DNA of 64,000 nucleotides from Myxococcota bacterium (GCA_050331295.1 JBHJGZ010000007.1:350422-414421); one strand, 5' to 3'; shown: positions 1-9,988, counted from the first letter of the stretch. Notes: a model not told the origin generated them from the letters alone. Numbers and translations: made by a program.

Positions 1-60
1 CTGGCCGGCGAGGTTCCGGAGGGTCGACTCGGCATCGGTCCAGCAGGTGCGAAACGGCTC

Positions 61-1392
61 ATGAGCATCGCGCCCGCCGCGACGCCGACGGTGACCATTG
101 ATCAGGTGGCGGATCTGCACCGTCGCCTCAAGGCTCGATCCGGACCTGGCGCTGCAAAGGAGCGAGACCGCTGGTTGAATGAGCTGATGCAACGCTGCAC
201 GCGGGAGGAGCAGGCTTACTTGGTGGGCCTGTGGACGGGTGGCCTGAGGCAGGGTGCGCTCGAGAGTTTGGTGGTTGATGCCATCGCCGACGCGGCTCGG
301 ATCCCGGTCGAGCAGGTCCGCCGAGCTCAGATGCTGGCCGCCGACATCGGAAGGGTTGCGGAACTTGCCATGACCCATGGCTCCGAAGGCCTCGCTGCCT
401 TTCGGCTGGAGCTCTTTCGACCCGTTCAACCGATGCTCGCTAGCACCGCCGAGGACATCGAAAGCGTGTTTCATCAGGTCGAGGATCCATGGATAGAGAC
501 CAAGATCGACGGCGCTCGGGTTCAGATTCACAAGGACGACGACGAAATTCGAATCTTCAGCCGGAGGTTGAACGAGGTCACCGGTCATCTACCCGACGTT
601 GTGAAGAGGATTCAGGCGCTGCCGGTGAGACGGACGATATTGGATGGAGAGACCATCGCCCTTCGAAACGATGGAACTCCTCATCCCTTCCAAGTGACGA
701 TGCGCCGCTTCGGTCGCCGCACTTCAGCGGCCGAACTTCCGCTTTCAGTCTTCATTTTCGACTGCCTGAAGGTGGACGACCAAGATCTGTGGGAGGCCCC
801 GGCTCGGCACCGGCTGGCGGCCTTGTCCGAACGGGTGCCGGAGGACCTCAGACCCCTTCGCGTGGACCATCCGAGTCAGGCGGACGCGGTCCGCTTCCTG
901 GAAGCCTGCCTTACGGCAGGCCACGAGGGGGCCATGTTGAAGTCTGGGCGAGCTGCGTACGAAGCAGGCCGAAGGGGGTCCCATTGGCTGAAGCTGAAGC
1001 ACGCTCATACCGTCGACCTGGTGGTGATCGCGGCCGAATGGGGATCGGGACGGAGACAGGGATGGCTCAGCAATCTTCATCTGGCCGCGCCGAACGAGGA
1101 GGGAACACTGGTCATGCTGGGAAAGACCTTCAAGGGACTGACCGACGAAGCATTGGCCCTCCAGACCCGCTTTCTGCTGGAGCGAGAGATCGGCCGAGAT
1201 GGCCACGTCATTCGGGTGCGCCCCGAACTGGTGGTGGAGGTGGCGTTCAGCGATGTTCAATACAGTCCACACTATCCAGGCGGTATGGCGCTTCGATTTG
1301 CCCGAGTGAAGCGGTTTCGGTTCGACAAGGGTCCGGAGAGTGCAACGCCGCTCCAAAGCGTTCGGGCCATTTACGAAGGTACGGAGGCCTGA
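61..1392 (+). CDS. ATP-dependent DNA ligase (adenylation plus OB domain)
   Basis: Motif I KxDG present (ETKIDGARVQIH); ligase motifs further downstream (FDCLKVDD, WLKLK); 443 aa. The ORF starts near the window edge, so the true N-terminus is uncertain. Confidence 0.8.
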   Translation: MSIAPAATPTVTIDQVADLHRRLKARSGPGAAKERDRWLNELMQRCTREEQAYLVGLWTGGLRQGALESLVVDAIADAARIPVEQVRRAQMLAADIGRVAELAMTHGSEGLAAFRLELFRPVQPMLASTAEDIESVFHQVEDPWIETKIDGARVQIHKDDDEIRIFSRRLNEVTGHLPDVVKRIQALPVRRTILDGETIALRNDGTPHPFQVTMRRFGRRTSAAELPLSVFIFDCLKVDDQDLWEAPARHRLAALSERVPEDLRPLRVDHPSQADAVRFLEACLTAGHEGAMLKSGRAAYEAGRRGSHWLKLKHAHTVDLVVIAAEWGSGRRQGWLSNLHLAAPNEEGTLVMLGKTFKGLTDEALALQTRFLLEREIGRDGHVIRVRPELVVEVAFSDVQYSPHYPGGMALRFARVKRFRFDKGPESATPLQSVRAIYEGTEA

Positions 1393-1430
1393 GTCTGGTC
1401 GGTCCGAAGGGTCGATCCGTCGCCTCGAGC

Positions 1431-2282
1431 TCAAGTCGGCAGGTTCAACCGCCACGCATGGATCCGCGACACGAGGAGCATTGGGTCCCGAAACACGAGG
1501 CTGCGACCGGCGGGCCCTCGTCCGTCCGTGTATACGAGCGTCCGGTAACGTGACGGGATCTTGGAAGCCAACGATTGGGACGTGTCGGCTGCAGAGTCGC
1601 GTCCACGAAAGAACAGAGCGGGAGTCCGACAGCGCCGCAAATCCACCTCGTAGACCATGCCTCGACTCCGAATCGTGCCGAGCCGCATCTGACGCGCCAA
1701 GTCCCTGACGACTCCGCGGCTCACGTCGGCATCCCAGCCGAACCAGGATGCTGGAAACCTTCCAAGGCTCCATGCCGCGCTCGATGCAAGTTGAGATGCC
1801 AAAGCTGAAGCGGTGGGGACGCGGCCGTCGGGAAAGTCATCGCTTTCCACCACCACGACGCCCTGCACCGCGGTGGGGTGCCGGGCCGCGTACAGGAGCC
1901 CCAGTTGGCCGCCGAAACCATGCCCGGCCGCGAGGATCGGAGCGTCTGGGAAGGCCGCACGAAGGGCATCCCGCTGAGCCAACAGATCGAACTCCACCAT
2001 TTCTCGATAACCGAAGTCGCCGCGGGCCGATTCGGTGCTGGTCCCATGCCCTCGAAGGTCTGCGAGCACCAGTCGGAAGCCGTGGTCGGCAGCGGCATGG
2101 CGGAGAGGAGTATAGCGACGAGCACACCGGCCCAGATCCGGCTGAAACCACAGAATGGGCGCATTGAGCGAGAGGCTGTCGGTCACCCACAAGCGGCTGC
2201 GAGGGCCATCGGCGCTCTGGACCGTCAACCATTTATCGGGAGAGACGTGCTGCTCGAGCCCTTCCTTTTCCAAGGAGCCCAT
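1431..2282 (-). CDS. alpha/beta-fold hydrolase
   Basis: 283 aa; ADLRGHGTS and AAGHGFGG nucleophile-elbow-like motifs typical of alpha/beta hydrolases. It is convergent with the ligase gene. Confidence 0.65.
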   Translation of the reverse strand: MGSLEKEGLEQHVSPDKWLTVQSADGPRSRLWVTDSLSLNAPILWFQPDLGRCARRYTPLRHAAADHGFRLVLADLRGHGTSTESARGDFGYREMVEFDLLAQRDALRAAFPDAPILAAGHGFGGQLGLLYAARHPTAVQGVVVVESDDFPDGRVPTASALASQLASSAAWSLGRFPASWFGWDADVSRGVVRDLARQMRLGTIRSRGMVYEVDLRRCRTPALFFRGRDSAADTSQSLASKIPSRYRTLVYTDGRGPAGRSLVFRDPMLLVSRIHAWRLNLPT

Positions 2283-2296
2283 GGTGCACGTGCTCC

Positions 2297-3079
2297 ATGC
2301 CCAGCCTGAACCTTCGAAACAAGTCCTGCCTGGTCACCGGCGCTTCCTCCGGGATTGGCGCGGCCATGGCTCGCGCTTTGGCCAACGCGGGGCCGCGACT
2401 CACCCTGGTAGCCCGACGACGAGAACGACTGGAACAGGTTGCGGCATCGCTCCCCGGGGCTACCGAGGTGAAGGTCGTCGTCGCCGACCTCCGGTCGGAA
2501 TCGGCGAGAGCGGAGGTCGCCCAGGCATGCCCATCGCCTGACGTTGTCATTCTCAACGCCGGCGTCAGCCAGCGGGCGCCGGTGGCGGAGATGGATATCC
2601 ATATGCTCCGAAGCATCATGGAACTGAACTTCTTTTCCGCCACGGACCTGACGTTTCGCTTCCTCCCCGGCATGCTGGAGCGAAACTTCGGTCATTTCGT
2701 GGTCATCAGCAGCGTGGTCGGCTATGTGTCCACGCCCCTACGGAGCGGCTACGCGGCTTCCAAACATGCCCTCCACGGTTTTTACGAGGCGCTCCGTGCC
2801 GAGACGGCCGGCACCGGGGTAGGCGTCACCATGGCCGTTCCCGGCTACGTCCGGACCGAGGTCGGACAACAGGCCCTCCGGCCCGATGGACCCGCGAATC
2901 ATCCGGTCGAGCCTCGGGGCATGGACCCGGACCGGGCCGCTCACCAGATCGTCGAAGCCTTGAAGCGGATGGCCCCCGAGGTCTACGTGGGAGGCACCGA
3001 ACTGGCTGCCATCTACCTTCGACGCTTCGTTCCGGCTCTGGTCCGCAGGTTCGGACCCCGCTGGGCTCCCGAAGACTGA
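2297..3079 (+). CDS. SDR family NAD(P)-dependent oxidoreductase
   Basis: N-terminal TGASSGIG Rossmann motif and catalytic YAASK (YxxxK) motif; 260 aa. Confidence 0.85.
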   Translation: MPSLNLRNKSCLVTGASSGIGAAMARALANAGPRLTLVARRRERLEQVAASLPGATEVKVVVADLRSESARAEVAQACPSPDVVILNAGVSQRAPVAEMDIHMLRSIMELNFFSATDLTFRFLPGMLERNFGHFVVISSVVGYVSTPLRSGYAASKHALHGFYEALRAETAGTGVGVTMAVPGYVRTEVGQQALRPDGPANHPVEPRGMDPDRAAHQIVEALKRMAPEVYVGGTELAAIYLRRFVPALVRRFGPRWAPED

Positions 3080-3086
3080 GCGGCGT

Positions 3087-5372
3087 TCAGAGGACTTTGG
3101 TCACCACGTCGAACAATTCCTCGGCCGTGAACGGCTTGTGGAGGAGGGGCGTCTCGGGGTCCCATCCATGCCGCTCGAGCTCGGTGCCAGGATAGCCGGA
3201 TACGAAGAGCACCCGAAGCTCCGGATTCTTTTCCTTCAGACGGCTTGCCACGGCGGGCCCCGAGATCTCCGGCATCACGACATCGGACACCAGGAGGTCG
3301 ATGGGGGTCACCGAAGCGGCGGAAATCGCTTCTTCGGCGGTGTGAACCAGCACGACGCGAAACGCCATGCGTTCCAGCATTCGCATCATGGTCTGACCCA
3401 CACCCAGATCGTCCTCCAGCACCATGATCGTTCGGCGGCGAAGCGAGGTGGGCGTAGTCGCGGTCGGAGGCAGGTCGCCGGTGGGATCTTGGTCGGTGCA
3501 CGGGAGCCAGATCCTGACCGTGGTCCCTCGTTCTGGCTGACTCTCGAGGTCCAGTGCCCCGCCGCTCTGGCGGATGATGGCGTACGATGTAGCAAGGCCC
3601 AATCCGGTTCCTTTGCCGGGTCCCTTGGTGGTGAAGAAAGGCTCGAATGCTCGTTCTACCGCCTCCGGAGCCATTCCCTGGCCATTGTCTTGGACCGTAA
3701 CCTGGCACCATCGTTCGTTCTCGCCTTGAGAAGGAAGGTGGGCCGGCGCAGATTCGGAAGAGCGCAGTTCGATCTTCACGTTCCCTCCGTCCGGCATCGC
3801 ATCACGCGCGTTGATGAGCAGGTTCATGAGAACCTGATCGAACTGGCGCGGATCGACGACCACCGTGATGGGACCCGGCTCGACGCTGATGTCCATCTTG
3901 ACCCGTTCCCCCAACATCCGACGCCACAGCGGAGCCGATTCCGCGATCAAGCCACCGATGTCGGTACGTCGCCGATGTCCCTCTTGCCTCCGGGCGACGG
4001 TGAGAAGCCGCTGCGTCATGGCTCGACCCCGTTCGGCCGCAAGAAGAATCTCGTCGACCAGTTCGTCGATCACCGAAAGCTCGTGCTCTCCTTTGAGAAG
4101 TTCGCCGCTACCAAGAATGGTCGTCAGAAGATTGTTGAAATCGTGAGCCACTCCCCCGGCCAAGCGACCAAGGCTTTCCAGGCGTTGCGCATGCTGAGCA
4201 GTTTCTCGCTCGACCCGCTGCTGCGTCACATCCTGGATCACGCCATAGAGCCGATGCTGGGAGATACTGAGTTCGTCCCGGTAGAGCCAAAGCCGCATGA
4301 AACGAGGACGTCTGGTGTCATTGCCCAACCTGGCTTCGAACTCCCACTCTCGGCGGCTGCCTTCGAACACTCGTTGAAACCCCTCGCTCACCTTCGATCG
4401 GTCCGCTGGGTCGAACATGTCCAGGAACTGCTCGATGGCGACGTCACCCCCGAGGTCAATGTTCAACACCGCCGCGGCCTGACTGGAGAGTTCGACCGTC
4501 TTATCGTCGTGAATGTAGGTGAAGCCGCCTATCTCCGCGACCTGTGCGCTGAGCTCTAGCGAACGCACGAAGCGCTCCCGACGCTCTTCTGGAGTCACAT
4601 CCCATCCTTCGACCATCATCATCGGACGCTCTTCTGAAAACGGTCGAAGCAAACAGCATGAAATCCACATTGCGGTGGGCTCCGTTTGAGACCGAAGCTT
4701 GAACTGCAGTGACGTCTGTTCCTGATGCTTCGCGCCCTTGACCGCTGCCTTCATGAGCTCCACGTCGTCTGGCTCGATGGACCACGCGTCCTGGGACCAG
4801 AGCGGTTCACCAATTCGATGACTAAAGGTTCGGCGCGCAACTTGATTGGCCTCGACGACGCACCCGTCCTCGTCGAGGATCCAAAAACAAACCGACGCGG
4901 CCCGGAAGGCACCGAGAAACATGTGGTGACGGCGACTGAGCGCCTCTTCCGTCGATTTCCTTTCGTCGATGTCCATGTGAATCGTGGTCCAGGTCATCGT
5001 GCCATCCGAGAGGCGTAGCGGTGCTCCCGTTCCCTCTAGCCAGTGGATCGATCCATCGAAGTGACGAACGCGATATTCACATCGCCAAACCGAATGATTG
5101 TGAGCCGACGACCGGAGGGTCTCTCGGAGGCGCGCACCGTCTTCCTCGAGGACGTTGGGTAGCACCGGGTCGTTCCGGGGAAGACGTTCTTCCGCTTCCA
5201 TCCCGACAATGCGGATGACGTTCGGACCCCAGTATGGAACTTCAAAGGCTCCGTCGGCAGTAAGTGAGATCCGCTGCACGAATCCCGGGAAACTCACCGG
5301 CAATTCCGAAAAACCGTCAGAAGCAGAGATACCGGCGTTCTCATCGGCTTCCGACGACCCCGGCCCGCTCAT
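3087..5372 (-). CDS. PAS-domain hybrid sensor histidine kinase with C-terminal receiver domain
   Basis: PAS repeats, HisKA H-box (GGVAHDFNNLLTTILG), HATPase_c G-boxes (DNGQGM, GTGLGL) and a REC domain (VLEDD...DVVMP). ATG at 5372 (MSGPG) lies 10 nt after the coxE stop; the longer ORF-track start at 5507 would overlap coxE. Confidence 0.85.
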   Translation of the reverse strand: MSGPGSSEADENAGISASDGFSELPVSFPGFVQRISLTADGAFEVPYWGPNVIRIVGMEAEERLPRNDPVLPNVLEEDGARLRETLRSSAHNHSVWRCEYRVRHFDGSIHWLEGTGAPLRLSDGTMTWTTIHMDIDERKSTEEALSRRHHMFLGAFRAASVCFWILDEDGCVVEANQVARRTFSHRIGEPLWSQDAWSIEPDDVELMKAAVKGAKHQEQTSLQFKLRSQTEPTAMWISCCLLRPFSEERPMMMVEGWDVTPEERRERFVRSLELSAQVAEIGGFTYIHDDKTVELSSQAAAVLNIDLGGDVAIEQFLDMFDPADRSKVSEGFQRVFEGSRREWEFEARLGNDTRRPRFMRLWLYRDELSISQHRLYGVIQDVTQQRVERETAQHAQRLESLGRLAGGVAHDFNNLLTTILGSGELLKGEHELSVIDELVDEILLAAERGRAMTQRLLTVARRQEGHRRRTDIGGLIAESAPLWRRMLGERVKMDISVEPGPITVVVDPRQFDQVLMNLLINARDAMPDGGNVKIELRSSESAPAHLPSQGENERWCQVTVQDNGQGMAPEAVERAFEPFFTTKGPGKGTGLGLATSYAIIRQSGGALDLESQPERGTTVRIWLPCTDQDPTGDLPPTATTPTSLRRRTIMVLEDDLGVGQTMMRMLERMAFRVVLVHTAEEAISAASVTPIDLLVSDVVMPEISGPAVASRLKEKNPELRVLFVSGYPGTELERHGWDPETPLLHKPFTAEELFDVVTKVL

Positions 5373-5382
5373 GTTGCGAACG

Positions 5383-6594
5383 TTAGTGAAACCGCCCCGG
5401 AAACGCAAAATGCTTGCCGTCCCGCTCCGCTCTCTCCCGATTCGGACGCGATAGCAGGCTCGCAAGTTGTTCAAGGCTTGCAAGGTCATGGACAGGACGA
5501 AAGTCATCTACGTGGGGCAAAATGGCGGCGACACCCCGAGCCTTAGGTTGAAACCCGGCGTAACGAAGCAGCGGGTTGAGCCAAACCAAGCGTCGGCAGG
5601 AACGTCGCAGGCGCGCCGTCTCCGCTCCCAGGTCAACCTCGGCGTCTCGGTCCAAACCGTCCGTGACCAACAAGACCCACGCCCCATGGGCCAAGACCCG
5701 ACGACGCCACACCCGGTTGAATTCCCGAAGGCAGCCCCCGATTCGCGTTCCACCCGACCAGTCGAGGACTTCCTGGCCAATGCGGGCCATGGCGGCGTCT
5801 GGATCGCGTTGCCGCAACCAACGCGTCACCGGAGTCAAACGTGTCCCGAAGAGGAATGTGTGCACTCGATCTCGGTCGTTGGTCACCCCGTGTATCAAAT
5901 GGAGAAACATTCGACTGTACCGCTCCATCGAACCGGAGATATCGCAGAGCACCACCAACGGTCGAGGGCGGGTTCGGGGAGTCTTCCGGCGGAGAACGAC
6001 CGCATCTCCTGCGGTTCGCAGGCTGGACTGCATGGTCTTTCTTGCGTCGATATCTTTTCCGTTTCGTCGTGGCATGGTGCGGCGAACCGGGTTCTCCGGG
6101 GTGACGCCCTTCATGCGACGCAAGGCCATTTTCACTCGTCTGAGCTCATCGCCGCTCAGCTGGTCGAAGTCCTTGTGTCGAAGGCTTTCGACGTTGGAAG
6201 CGGTCATCGCGGCATCGAAATCCAACGGGACATCCTGCTCTCGGGGTCGCGGCGGTTCTCGAGGACCTCGAAACGCTTCGTGGATGCGCGTTGCCCCGGG
6301 TTTTGCGAGATTGCGGGAGGAAACATCTTCGGCACGGGGCAGGAGCATCTCGAGGGAGGAGGAAAAGGAGGGATCCCTAAAGAATCGATCGAACGCTTCC
6401 TTGAAAAGGGCCCGCTCTTCCGATCGATGAACATAGACGGCGTGAAGTCCCCAGAAGAGCGTCTCACGGTCTTGGAGTCCCAGGCGTTCCGTCACCTGCA
6501 GAGCCAAGAGTTGGGCGTCGGGACCGGCGGAAAGCCCGAGCCGACGAAGTACCCGTCCAAAGGCCACGAGATTCTCGGTGAGGACGGTGGTCAC
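5383..6594 (-). CDS. coxE: CoxE-like VWA domain protein (Mo hydroxylase maturation)
   Basis: VWA MIDAS motif LCDISGSM; N-terminal region LTENLVAFGRVLRRLGL is typical of CoxE. Proposed GTG start at 6594 overlaps the upstream stop as GTGA; the ORF-track start at 6768 would overlap the ligase gene by 177 nt. Confidence 0.75.
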   Translation of the reverse strand: MTTVLTENLVAFGRVLRRLGLSAGPDAQLLALQVTERLGLQDRETLFWGLHAVYVHRSEERALFKEAFDRFFRDPSFSSSLEMLLPRAEDVSSRNLAKPGATRIHEAFRGPREPPRPREQDVPLDFDAAMTASNVESLRHKDFDQLSGDELRRVKMALRRMKGVTPENPVRRTMPRRNGKDIDARKTMQSSLRTAGDAVVLRRKTPRTRPRPLVVLCDISGSMERYSRMFLHLIHGVTNDRDRVHTFLFGTRLTPVTRWLRQRDPDAAMARIGQEVLDWSGGTRIGGCLREFNRVWRRRVLAHGAWVLLVTDGLDRDAEVDLGAETARLRRSCRRLVWLNPLLRYAGFQPKARGVAAILPHVDDFRPVHDLASLEQLASLLSRPNRERAERDGKHFAFPGRFH

Positions 6595-8252
6595 AGGCGA
6601 CCTTGCTCGTAGTCCTCGGCCAGTTTCACCCGCTGCAGTTTGCCGCTCGTGGTCTTGGGTATACTGGACACCGGCAAGACCAAGGACACACCGAATCCGG
6701 TTTGGGTTGTGACGACATGACGGATTTTCTGAGCCAGCGCTTCGAACGCTTCTGGACTCCTTCGCCATTGAACGAATACAGCCAGAACCTCTCGCTCCCC
6801 GTCTCGAAGCCCGACTGCGGCCACCTTGCCGATTTCTACTTCGTCCAGGCTCGACACCACGGTCTCGATATCATGTGGAAAGATGTTCTGGCCGTTGACG
6901 ATGGCCATTTCCTTACGACGACCGGCGACATGCAATTCCCCTCGATGTAGAAATCCCAGATCTCCCGTGTCGTACCAGCCGTCCACCCGCGGATCGAAGT
7001 CTCCTTCCTCGGTCCGAACACTGGAGGTGACGTTGAGCCCACGAATCCAGATCGGTCCCACGACACCGTCCTCGACCGGCTGCGGTCGGTCCGAACCATC
7101 GCCGATCCGCACTTCGGTATGCCGGATCGGTCGACCACATGGCACGATGTCCAATCGGTCCTGGTCACTGTCCGGATCTCGTACCGGATCACCGAGTCCG
7201 AGACGGGTTCGGTCCACCGATGTCTTTCGGAGTCCGGAGCCGAGCGGCGGCATGGTCACGGCCAGGCTCGCCTCCGCTAGGCCGTACACTGGAAACATCG
7301 CGTCGGGATTCAGTCCGTGAACCGCGAAAGTGTCCAAGAATCGTTTCACCAATGCATAGGAAATCGGCTCCGCGCCGTTGAAGATCACTCGAACAGGAGA
7401 CAGATCAAGACCTTCGAAACGCTCTCGTTTGTACGCTCGCAAGGTATGTTGATAAGCGAAGTTCGGGCCGCTGGTGACCGTAACCCGATGAGCAGCCGCC
7501 TCCTGAAGCCACGTTAAGGGCCGGCGAACGAAACGTTCGGTGGGCATCAAAGTGTGGTTCGTTCCTCGCATGAACGGAGTAAGATGCCCGCCAATCAGGC
7601 CCATGTCATGGGTGAGCGGCATCCATGCATGCGGTCGGTCGTCCGGTTCGAGCTGGATCGCCTCGATGATCGCGGTCGTGTTGGCGACCAGATTTCGATG
7701 CGTCAGCTTTATGCCTTTCGGTAAGCGCGTCGAGCCCGAGCTGAACTGAACGTAGGCAAGGTCGTCTGGTCGCACATCGTGATGAACACCGGATGGACCG
7801 TGCAACGAAGCTTCTCGGAGCTCGGCGACGGTCACGAGTCTGCTCTTCAGTCGAGACAGATCTCGTCCCGCTGATTCGCTCGAGGCGAACGCAGCGATTC
7901 GCTCCCAGCTTTGTTCATCCGTCACGAAGAAGGGGTCCTCGAAGAGACCGAGCACCCGCCAAACTTTTCGCTGATGCTCTTCTGTCGCCCCGGTGCTCAC
8001 CGGCACTGGAACCGCTCCGCCCAACAAGCACGCCCAAAAAAGCTCCAAGAAATCCTGTGGCGCACTCACATAGAAGCCGACGAAGTTTCCCGGTCGAACC
8101 CCTTGGCTCTGAAGGCGACCCAGACGTCGTGTCGCCCTGTCGAGCAACTCCTCGTAGGTCGTGAACACCGGGTTGGGTCCCGTCAGATACCCGATCCGAT
8201 GTTGGGGTCGGAGAGGATGCATCAGGGCATCCACCAGCGTCTCTGGTGTCAT
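6591..8252 (-). CDS. adenylate-forming enzyme (fatty acyl-AMP ligase / acyl-CoA synthetase superfamily)
   Basis: AMP-binding motifs FSSGSTRLPKG, YGLAEA, WYDTGDLG and C-terminal SGKLQR lysine; 553 aa; ATG start confirmed at 8252. Confidence 0.8.
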   Translation of the reverse strand: MTPETLVDALMHPLRPQHRIGYLTGPNPVFTTYEELLDRATRRLGRLQSQGVRPGNFVGFYVSAPQDFLELFWACLLGGAVPVPVSTGATEEHQRKVWRVLGLFEDPFFVTDEQSWERIAAFASSESAGRDLSRLKSRLVTVAELREASLHGPSGVHHDVRPDDLAYVQFSSGSTRLPKGIKLTHRNLVANTTAIIEAIQLEPDDRPHAWMPLTHDMGLIGGHLTPFMRGTNHTLMPTERFVRRPLTWLQEAAAHRVTVTSGPNFAYQHTLRAYKRERFEGLDLSPVRVIFNGAEPISYALVKRFLDTFAVHGLNPDAMFPVYGLAEASLAVTMPPLGSGLRKTSVDRTRLGLGDPVRDPDSDQDRLDIVPCGRPIRHTEVRIGDGSDRPQPVEDGVVGPIWIRGLNVTSSVRTEEGDFDPRVDGWYDTGDLGFLHRGELHVAGRRKEMAIVNGQNIFPHDIETVVSSLDEVEIGKVAAVGLRDGEREVLAVFVQWRRSPEAFEALAQKIRHVVTTQTGFGVSLVLPVSSIPKTTSGKLQRVKLAEDYEQGRL

Positions 8253-8295
8253 CGCAGCGGACCAGGCGCATGTGAGGCGAGCCGGGAGTCAAGTC

Positions 8296-9168
8296 CTACA
8301 TCGGCTCCAGAAGGCCCGCGATGCCCTCGGCCCGGAGTCTTTCGATGTCTTCCCGCACCTTCAGCACCACGCCCAAGGTCTGGTCCACGAGTTCCGGTGA
8401 CAGGCGATGTTCCCGCAGAGCCAAGATCGCGCGTGTCCAGTCCAAAGACTCGGCGACCCCCGGAACCTTGAAGAGGTCCTTGGCCCGCAGCCTTTGAACG
8501 AATGCCACCACCGATCGGGCCAATTGTTCATCGACGGCCGGATATCGGGCGCGCACGATGGCCAGTTCCCGATCCAGGTCCGGGTAGTCCACCCAGTGGT
8601 ACAGGCATCGGCGCTTGAGTGCATCATGGATCTCGCGGGTTCGGTTCGAGGTGATCACGACGACCGGGGGCCGGTCGGCCCGGATGGTCCCGATTTCGGG
8701 AATGCTGACCTGCGCGTCGGAAAGAACCTCCAGCAAGAACGCCTCGAAGGGCTCATCCGTGCGGTCCAGCTCGTCGATCAACAGAACCGGGGGCCCTTCG
8801 AGGTGAGGTTCCAACGCCTGAAGCAGGGGGCGCTTGATCAGGAACCGGTCCCCAAACACATCTGGCTCGACGCCTCGAGGTTCGGCCAGCCGGATCTCGA
8901 TCATCTGTCGAGGATAGTTCCATTCGTACACCGCGGAAGCGAGGTCGAGGCCCTCATAGCACTGAAGCCGGATCAGACGTCGACCGAGCTGCTCGGCCAG
9001 GACCTTGGCGACTTCCGTCTTTCCGACTCCGGCCTCGCCTTCCAGCAACAACGGCCTCTCCAGCTCAAAGGCCAGGTAGATCGCGGTGCACAGGTCCCTC
9101 CCAGCCACGTACTGCCCTCGCTGAAGGAGACGAGAGACCTCATCGACGTTTTGAAATGGAGCTCCCAA
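8296..9168 (-). CDS. coxD: CoxD-like MoxR-family AAA+ ATPase
   Basis: Walker A GEAGVGKT; MoxR/CoxD-like N-terminus; 290 aa; start codon is TTG at 9168. Confidence 0.85.
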   Translation of the reverse strand: MGAPFQNVDEVSRLLQRGQYVAGRDLCTAIYLAFELERPLLLEGEAGVGKTEVAKVLAEQLGRRLIRLQCYEGLDLASAVYEWNYPRQMIEIRLAEPRGVEPDVFGDRFLIKRPLLQALEPHLEGPPVLLIDELDRTDEPFEAFLLEVLSDAQVSIPEIGTIRADRPPVVVITSNRTREIHDALKRRCLYHWVDYPDLDRELAIVRARYPAVDEQLARSVVAFVQRLRAKDLFKVPGVAESLDWTRAILALREHRLSPELVDQTLGVVLKVREDIERLRAEGIAGLLEPM

Positions 9169-9186
9169 CGGTCTGACGCCAGGGAA

Positions 9187-9978
9187 TCAGGCGGCAGCGA
9201 CCGCACGGGCCGCCATGACCTTCACCAAGTGGGCGCGGTAATCGGGCCCGGCATCGAGTTCGTCCAAGAAGTCGGTCGGGTCGACCTCGATGGAGGCCAA
9301 CGCTTCGGGTGCAAAATTTTTGGAAAGGGCTCGCTCCATGTCCGTCAGGCGGAACACTTTCGGACCGGCCCCCGTCACTGCGACGCGAACCTCATCTCCC
9401 CAGGTCGCCACCATCACCCCCACGATGGCATACTTGGACGCGGGATTGGGGAACTTCGCATAAGCCGCCCGGTCGACCGCCCGAAAGTGAACTGCCGTGA
9501 TGATCTCGTCTCTTTCGAGAGCCGTCTCGAACAGGCCGGTGAAGAACGCGTCAGCGTCGATTGTGCGTTGGTCCGTCTCCACCCGTCCATCCAAGGCCAC
9601 CACCGCCGCTGGATAGTCGGCTTGCGGGTCGGCATGGGCAATCGAGCCCCCCAACGTCCCCCGATTTCGGACCTGGGCGTCCCCGATGCCGTGCGCCAAC
9701 TTCGCCAGCGCCGGAAGACTCTGTCGGATCAGGCGGGAGGTTTCCACCTCGGCATGGGTGACGCTGGCGCCTACCACCACCCGGCCGTCCCGGACCTCGA
9801 TGCCTTTCAGCTCACGCAGTCCCTTCAAGCAGATCAAGTCGCTTGGCGCGGCTAGGTCCAGCTTCATGACGGGGATCAGGCTCTGGCCCCCACCCAGGAA
9901 CTTCCCGTCCACGCGAGCCGCCAGCAATGCTTTCGCTTCTTCCACCGTCGAGGGTCGATGAAACTCGAACGATTCCAT
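9187..9978 (-). CDS. coxM: Mo-hydroxylase FAD-binding medium subunit (CoxM/CutM-like)
   Basis: FAD-binding PCMH domain with the characteristic (F/L)LGGGQSL(I/L) motif (KFLGGGQSLIP), which it shares with CoxM and XdhB-type subunits; 263 aa. Confidence 0.9.
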   Translation of the reverse strand: MESFEFHRPSTVEEAKALLAARVDGKFLGGGQSLIPVMKLDLAAPSDLICLKGLRELKGIEVRDGRVVVGASVTHAEVETSRLIRQSLPALAKLAHGIGDAQVRNRGTLGGSIAHADPQADYPAAVVALDGRVETDQRTIDADAFFTGLFETALERDEIITAVHFRAVDRAAYAKFPNPASKYAIVGVMVATWGDEVRVAVTGAGPKVFRLTDMERALSKNFAPEALASIEVDPTDFLDELDAGPDYRAHLVKVMAARAVAAA

Positions 9979-9988
9979 CCGCTATCTC

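Noticed and set aside
489-1773. Long ORFs (489-1553 plus, 745-1773 minus) overlapping the DNA ligase gene
   Set aside because: Arg/Pro/Gly-rich translations with no motifs, antisense or out of frame to a well-supported gene; typical high-GC spurious ORFs.
3138-4559. 473-aa ORF on the plus strand across the histidine kinase gene
   Set aside because: Antisense to a motif-rich kinase gene; low-complexity R/G/H-rich product.
5467-6612. 381-aa and 284-aa plus-strand ORFs over coxE
   Set aside because: Antisense to the VWA coxE gene; Arg-rich nonsense-like sequence.
8407-9855. 482-aa plus-strand ORF spanning coxD and coxM
   Set aside because: Antisense to two adjacent genes with strong domain signatures; no recognisable domains.
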